Source: Candidatus Paceibacter sp.
GTDB lineage: Bacteria; Patescibacteriota; Patescibacteriia; SG8-24; DYFX01
NCBI GenBank assembly: GCA_020724945.1
Contig: DYFX01000002.1
Location: 1-45,808, forward strand
Direction of reading: 5' to 3'
Length of the DNA stretch: 45,808 nt
The notes beneath the pieces were generated by a model, which saw only the letters and a program-made list of their open reading frames with translations, had not been told where the DNA came from and made no database searches. Positions within the stretch are counted from its first letter, which is position 1. Every line of letters starts with the position of its first letter. This document shows, in pieces, positions 42,020 to 45,808 of the stretch. Position numbers and translations under genes: made by a program.

Positions 42020-44062
42020 ATGCGATCGAACGCGAGAATGGCTGCGGAAAGAGCGCTCGGCAAGAGCGGAAGGCACCGGCTTTTCAAGGCGGCGTTCTTC
42101 GCGGCCGTCCTGCTTCCTTCGATGGCGGTGATGGCCGTGAGCGTCGCCCGCCTCCACCAGCGCCTGACCGAACGGACGCTCGAGCGGCGTGCCGTCATCG
42201 CGGAGCTCGCGGGCCGCACGGCGCAAGGCCGCTTCGAGGGCGTCGTCGAGCTGGGCCGCTCCCTCGCCGGCCGCGTCGCCTTCGGCGAACATGTCGCGGC
42301 AGGGCGCTGGGACGACGCCGCGCAGATCCTCGCACGGGTGCCGGCGGATTTCCCGTATGTCGAACGCCTCTTCCTGACGGACGCGCAAGGGACGCTGATG
42401 GCCGATCGGCCGCAGCTGCCGGGCGTCGTGGGACAGAATTTCTCGGAACGGGATTGGTACCGCGGCGTCAGCGCCGCGTGGAAGCCGTATGTCTCGGAGG
42501 TCTACCAGCGCGCCGCCGAACCGAGGCTCCATGTCGTCGCCGTCGCCGTACCGATCCGCGCGGCCGAAACGGAGGCCGTCGCGGGCATCCTGGTCCTGCA
42601 GATCCGGCTCGACACGCTCCTCTCCTGGATCGGCGGCGTGCCGGTCGGCGAAGGCGGGGGCATCTACATGACGGATCGCCGAGGGGCGCTCATGGCGCAC
42701 CCGGATCTCGGGAAGGAGGGCGAGCTGGTCGACTTCTCGGGCGTCCCGACCGTCCGCGACGCCATCGCGGGCACGACCGGCGTCAGCGTCACCCGGAACG
42801 AGATCGAGGAGAGCGAGCGCGTCTCCGCCACCTGGCGCTCGCCGGCGTTCGGCTTCGTCGTCGTGGCCTATGAACCGGCCTCGGCGGCCTTCGCCTCGCG
42901 CGACCGCGAGACGCGGAACCTGCTCGCGCTCTGCGGCCTCCTGCTCGCGCTGGAGCTCGTGCTGGCGCTCGTCCTCTGGAGCCTCATCCGCGCGCTCTTC
43001 GCCATGCGCGAGAAGGAACGCGCCTTCCTCGAGAGCATCGGCGACGGCGTGATCGCGGTCGATCGCGGCTGGCGGGTCATCCTCTGGAACCGCGCCGCCT
43101 CGCGCATGACCGGCTGGGCCGCGAGCGAAGCCATGGGCAAGCCCTTCCGCGAGCATGTGCGTTTCATCCGCGAGAGCGACCGCAAGGAGAACCTGGCCTT
43201 CATCGAGGAAGCGATGCTCTTCGGCGAAGTCCGCCCGATGGTCAACAGCACGGTGCTCGTGGCGCGCGACGGCCGCGAGGTCCCCATCAGCGACAGCGCC
43301 GCCCCCCTCTTCGACGAGGACGGCAATGTGAGCGGCGTCATCATCATCTTCCGCGACGCCACGCGCGAAAAAGAAGAGGCGATGCTCCGCACCGATTTCG
43401 CCTACGCCTCGCACCAGCTGCGCACGCCGGTCAACAAGGCGCTCTGGAGCATCGAGGTCGTCATGGACGCGCTGAAGGACAAGGAAGCGCGCACCACGCT
43501 CGAGACCGCCTACCACGCCGTCCGCGATGTCCAGAAGCTCTCCACCAGGCTCGTCGACGTCTCGCAGATCGACCAGAAGCAGATCGTCCCCGCCTATGAG
43601 GAAGTGTCGGTCGCGACCCTGATCGACGACGCCATCGCCGCCGCGCACGAGCACGGCAAGCCGCGGAAGGCGAAGATCCATGCGAGCGCCGTCCGCGAAG
43701 ACCTGAAGGTCGACACGGACCCGAGGCTCCTGGGCGTCGCGCTGCGCGAACTCATCGACAACGCCGTGCTCTACGGCTCCGAAAGCGGCGTCGAGATCGC
43801 TGTCCAGCCCGAGAAGCTCGACCTCGTCATCCAGGTGATGGACCGCGGCATCGGCATCTCCGACGAGCAGAAGCCGCTCATCTTCACCAAGTTCTTCCGC
43901 GGCCAGAATGTCCCCCAGGACGCCTACGGCGCCGGACTCGGCCTCTTCATCGCCCGCTCGTATGTGCGGCTCCTGGGCGGCAAGATCTGGTTCGAATCGA
44001 AGCTCGGGCTCGGCACCACCTTCACCATCTCCGTCCCGCGCGTGCGCGGGATGAAGGAATAG
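42020..44062 (+). CDS. Sensor histidine kinase (TM - Cache-like - TM - PAS - HisKA - HATPase_c)
   Basis: In-frame ATG at 42020, 6 nt after TGGTATACT. H-box FAYASHQLRTPV, N-box ELIDNAVLYG and G-boxes DRGIGI / GAGLGL. Confidence 0.9.
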   Translation: MRSNARMAAERALGKSGRHRLFKAAFFAAVLLPSMAVMAVSVARLHQRLTERTLERRAVIAELAGRTAQGRFEGVVELGRSLAGRVAFGEHVAAGRWDDAAQILARVPADFPYVERLFLTDAQGTLMADRPQLPGVVGQNFSERDWYRGVSAAWKPYVSEVYQRAAEPRLHVVAVAVPIRAAETEAVAGILVLQIRLDTLLSWIGGVPVGEGGGIYMTDRRGALMAHPDLGKEGELVDFSGVPTVRDAIAGTTGVSVTRNEIEESERVSATWRSPAFGFVVVAYEPASAAFASRDRETRNLLALCGLLLALELVLALVLWSLIRALFAMREKERAFLESIGDGVIAVDRGWRVILWNRAASRMTGWAASEAMGKPFREHVRFIRESDRKENLAFIEEAMLFGEVRPMVNSTVLVARDGREVPISDSAAPLFDEDGNVSGVIIIFRDATREKEEAMLRTDFAYASHQLRTPVNKALWSIEVVMDALKDKEARTTLETAYHAVRDVQKLSTRLVDVSQIDQKQIVPAYEEVSVATLIDDAIAAAHEHGKPRKAKIHASAVREDLKVDTDPRLLGVALRELIDNAVLYGSESGVEIAVQPEKLDLVIQVMDRGIGISDEQKPLIFTKFFRGQNVPQDAYGAGLGLFIARSYVRLLGGKIWFESKLGLGTTFTISVPRVRGMKE

Positions 44063-44095
44063 CGGAAGGTCCGCGAAGCGGGCCTTTTCGTTTTC

Positions 44096-44125
44096 CACAG
44101 ATGTAAAGTTGACTTTACATCTGTG
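44096..44125. promoter_or_regulatory. Perfect 13-bp inverted repeat operator overlapping the XRE gene promoter
   Basis: cacagatgtaaag-ttga-ctttacatctgtg. The spacer plus arm forms TTGACT (44109-44114). TACGCT (44132-44137) lies 6 nt before the ATG at 44144. Confidence 0.7.
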
Positions 44126-44143
44126 CGGCGATACGCTTCAGGC

Positions 44144-44347
44144 ATGCCCGACATCACCAACCGACTGAAGGAGCGGCGCGGCGAGAGCGGCGTGACGCAG
44201 GAGGAGCTCGCCGAGGCCGTCGGCGTCAGCCGCCAGACGATCATCGCCGTCGAGAAAGGTAACTATGTCCCCTCGCTGCTGCTGGCGATGAACATCGCGC
44301 GCTACTTCAAGGCGCGCGTCGAAGACATCTTCACCCTCAAGAAATAG
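44144..44347 (+). CDS. XRE-family HTH transcriptional regulator (YozG-like)
   Basis: [39 protein letters not shown] is a classic Cro/C1 HTH. Confidence 0.9.
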   Translation: MPDITNRLKERRGESGVTQEELAEAVGVSRQTIIAVEKGNYVPSLLLAMNIARYFKARVEDIFTLKK

Positions 44348-44350
44348 CCT

Positions 44351-44635
44351 ATGGACATGGAACCGATGCTCTCGATGATCCTCCCGACCCTGGCGGCGGT
44401 CGCCGCGCTGGTCGTCCTCGCGTTCGGCCTGGCCGAGGGACGCGGCGACGAGCGCGCGGCGCTCCATCGCTATATGGCGAGCCGCGCCGCCTTCCTGCTC
44501 GCGCTCCTGGTGCTCGCCGCCGGCACGCTCTGGCAGACCTACACCCACTCCTTGGACCCGTGGCTGATCGGCGCCCTCGTCGCCGCGACGCTCGGCAAGA
44601 TCGTCGGACTCATCTACGGACGCTATAAGCACTGA
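44351..44635 (+). CDS. Small three-TM membrane protein paired with the XRE regulator
   Basis: 94-aa hydrophobic ORF starting 4 nt after the regulator gene. Confidence 0.6.
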   Translation: MDMEPMLSMILPTLAAVAALVVLAFGLAEGRGDERAALHRYMASRAAFLLALLVLAAGTLWQTYTHSLDPWLIGALVAATLGKIVGLIYGRYKH

Positions 44636-44645
44636 TTCTCGCCAT

Positions 44646-45251
44646 ATGAAAAACGCGTACATGCTCGCGCTCGCGGCCGCTTCGCTCATGCTCGTGGGGC
44701 AAGGGTGCGCCCCGATCGCGCCGCCCGCCGACCTTCCGACGGCGCCGCCCGCCGCGGAGGTGATGGAGAAAGAGGGAGAAAGCGCGATGGGACCGGAAGA
44801 GGGCGCGATGATGAAGGAGGACGCCGCGGCGACGGCCGATGGCGGCGGCGCGAAGCTCGGAGGCGCGATGATGACCGAGGACGAGGCCGAAGTCGCCAAG
44901 GAGATGACGGCGCCCGAAGCGAATCCGTATTACATCGCCTACTCCGAAACGGCCGCACAGGCCGCCGTCGCCGACGGCTATGCGACCGTGCTCTATTTCT
45001 GGGCCGCCTGGTGCCCCATCTGCCGGGCCGAGGAACCGAAACTGAAGGACTGGATCGAGACCTCGAATCTCCCGATCGCCGGCTTCCGCGTGAACTACGA
45101 CACGGAGTCGGCGCTCAAGGCGAAGTACAAGATCCCCTACCAGCACACCACCGTCTTCCTGAACGCGAAGGGCGAGGAGGTCGAGCGCTTCAGCGGTCCG
45201 GTGACGGAGGCCGAGTTCCGCGCCGCGCTCGCGAACGCCGCCGGCAAGTGA
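44646..45251 (+). CDS. Thioredoxin-like lipoprotein (TlpA/ResA-like thiol:disulfide oxidoreductase)
   Basis: Lipobox LVGQGC. Active site YFWAAWCPICRAEEP (CxxC). Confidence 0.85.
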   Translation: MKNAYMLALAAASLMLVGQGCAPIAPPADLPTAPPAAEVMEKEGESAMGPEEGAMMKEDAAATADGGGAKLGGAMMTEDEAEVAKEMTAPEANPYYIAYSETAAQAAVADGYATVLYFWAAWCPICRAEEPKLKDWIETSNLPIAGFRVNYDTESALKAKYKIPYQHTTVFLNAKGEEVERFSGPVTEAEFRAALANAAGK

Positions 45252-45252
45252 C

Positions 45253-45808
45253 ATGACGCTCTTCTTCCTCGCCATCGCCGCCGGCTTCCTGACGATCCTC
45301 GCGCCGTGCATCCTGCCGGTGCTCCCCTTCCTGCTGGGCACCTCGGGCGGCCGCTCGAAATGGCGCCCGGTCGCCATCATCGCCGGTTTCATCGGGGCCT
45401 TCACGATCATCGGCGCCGCGCTGGCCACGGCCGGGACCTTCCTAGGGATCTCCAACGACTCCTTGAGGATCCTCGCCGGCGTCCTGCTGCTCCTCTTCGG
45501 CGCCGCGCTCTTCTTCGAAAGCGCGTATGAGCGCTTCGCCGCGCGCATCCAGCCGTTCCTCGCGAAACTCGGCGCCGGCGTGGCGTCCGGATCGTCGACC
45601 CGTACCGATGCGCTCTCCGGCGTCACGGTCGGCCTCTCGCTCGGTCTCGTCTGGTCGCCGTGCGCAGGCCCCATCCTCGGCACCATCCTGACCCTCGCGG
45701 CCCGCACGAGCGACTACTTCACGACGGCGCTCCTCTTCTTCGCCTACGCGCTGGGCGCCGGCATCCCGATGCTCGGCATCGCCTACGGCAGCCACCGCCT
45801 GCAGGAGC
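45253..45808 (+). CDS. ccdA: Cytochrome c biogenesis / thiol-disulfide transporter CcdA (DsbD family), 3'-truncated
   Basis: MTLFFLAIAAGFLTILAPCILPVLPF and LVWSPCAGPILG are the two conserved Cys-containing TM motifs. The ORF runs off the window. Confidence 0.85.
   Translation, partial: MTLFFLAIAAGFLTILAPCILPVLPFLLGTSGGRSKWRPVAIIAGFIGAFTIIGAALATAGTFLGISNDSLRILAGVLLLLFGAALFFESAYERFAARIQPFLAKLGAGVASGSSTRTDALSGVTVGLSLGLVWSPCAGPILGTILTLAARTSDYFTTALLFFAYALGAGIPMLGIAYGSHRLQE

Overview
This is a 45.8-kb high-GC bacterial chromosomal window, densely coding. Many long ORFs in the track are antisense GC artefacts. No rRNA, CRISPR array or transposase was seen.

Backbone genes:
- Left of the islands: tsaD (partial), an ECF sigma factor, a metzincin-type lipoprotein and tRNA-Glu(UUC).
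- Right of the islands: small membrane proteins, a 1001-aa secreted protein with PT linkers, GT4, ABC-F, CspA, an M29-like peptidase, a C39-like peptidase, a CoA-binding protein, a multi-PAS protein, a Kef-type antiporter and an NRDE protein.
- Further right: a GT2/FAD-reductase/ferredoxin operon, a LysM-HlyD-ABC(YHS)-FtsX-FtsX export cluster, an M15-like peptidase, a Cache/PAS histidine kinase, an XRE pair, a thioredoxin-like lipoprotein and CcdA (partial).

Accessory DNA sits directly 3' of tRNA-Glu in two blocks:
- (i) 2.6-10.2 kb: a five-gene HME-RND heavy-metal efflux operon. It is bracketed by a 24-bp inverted repeat and closed by a 23-nt copy of the tRNA 3' end.
- (ii) 10.2-17.1 kb: a sharply AT-richer element. 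It carries a large serine recombinase, a G-depleted phased-repeat control region, a ~180-nt highly structured leader RNA with mutually exclusive pairings, a 3-TM small protein and a 1366-aa NACHT/STAND-like P-loop NTPase. The N- and C-terminal regions of that NTPase could not be assigned.

Block (ii) is my best candidate for an undescribed system, probably of the phage-defence or abortive-infection type. Many genes in both host and island appear leaderless, with a -10 box 6-9 nt upstream of the start codon.

All family calls come from motif recognition by eye. No database search was run.
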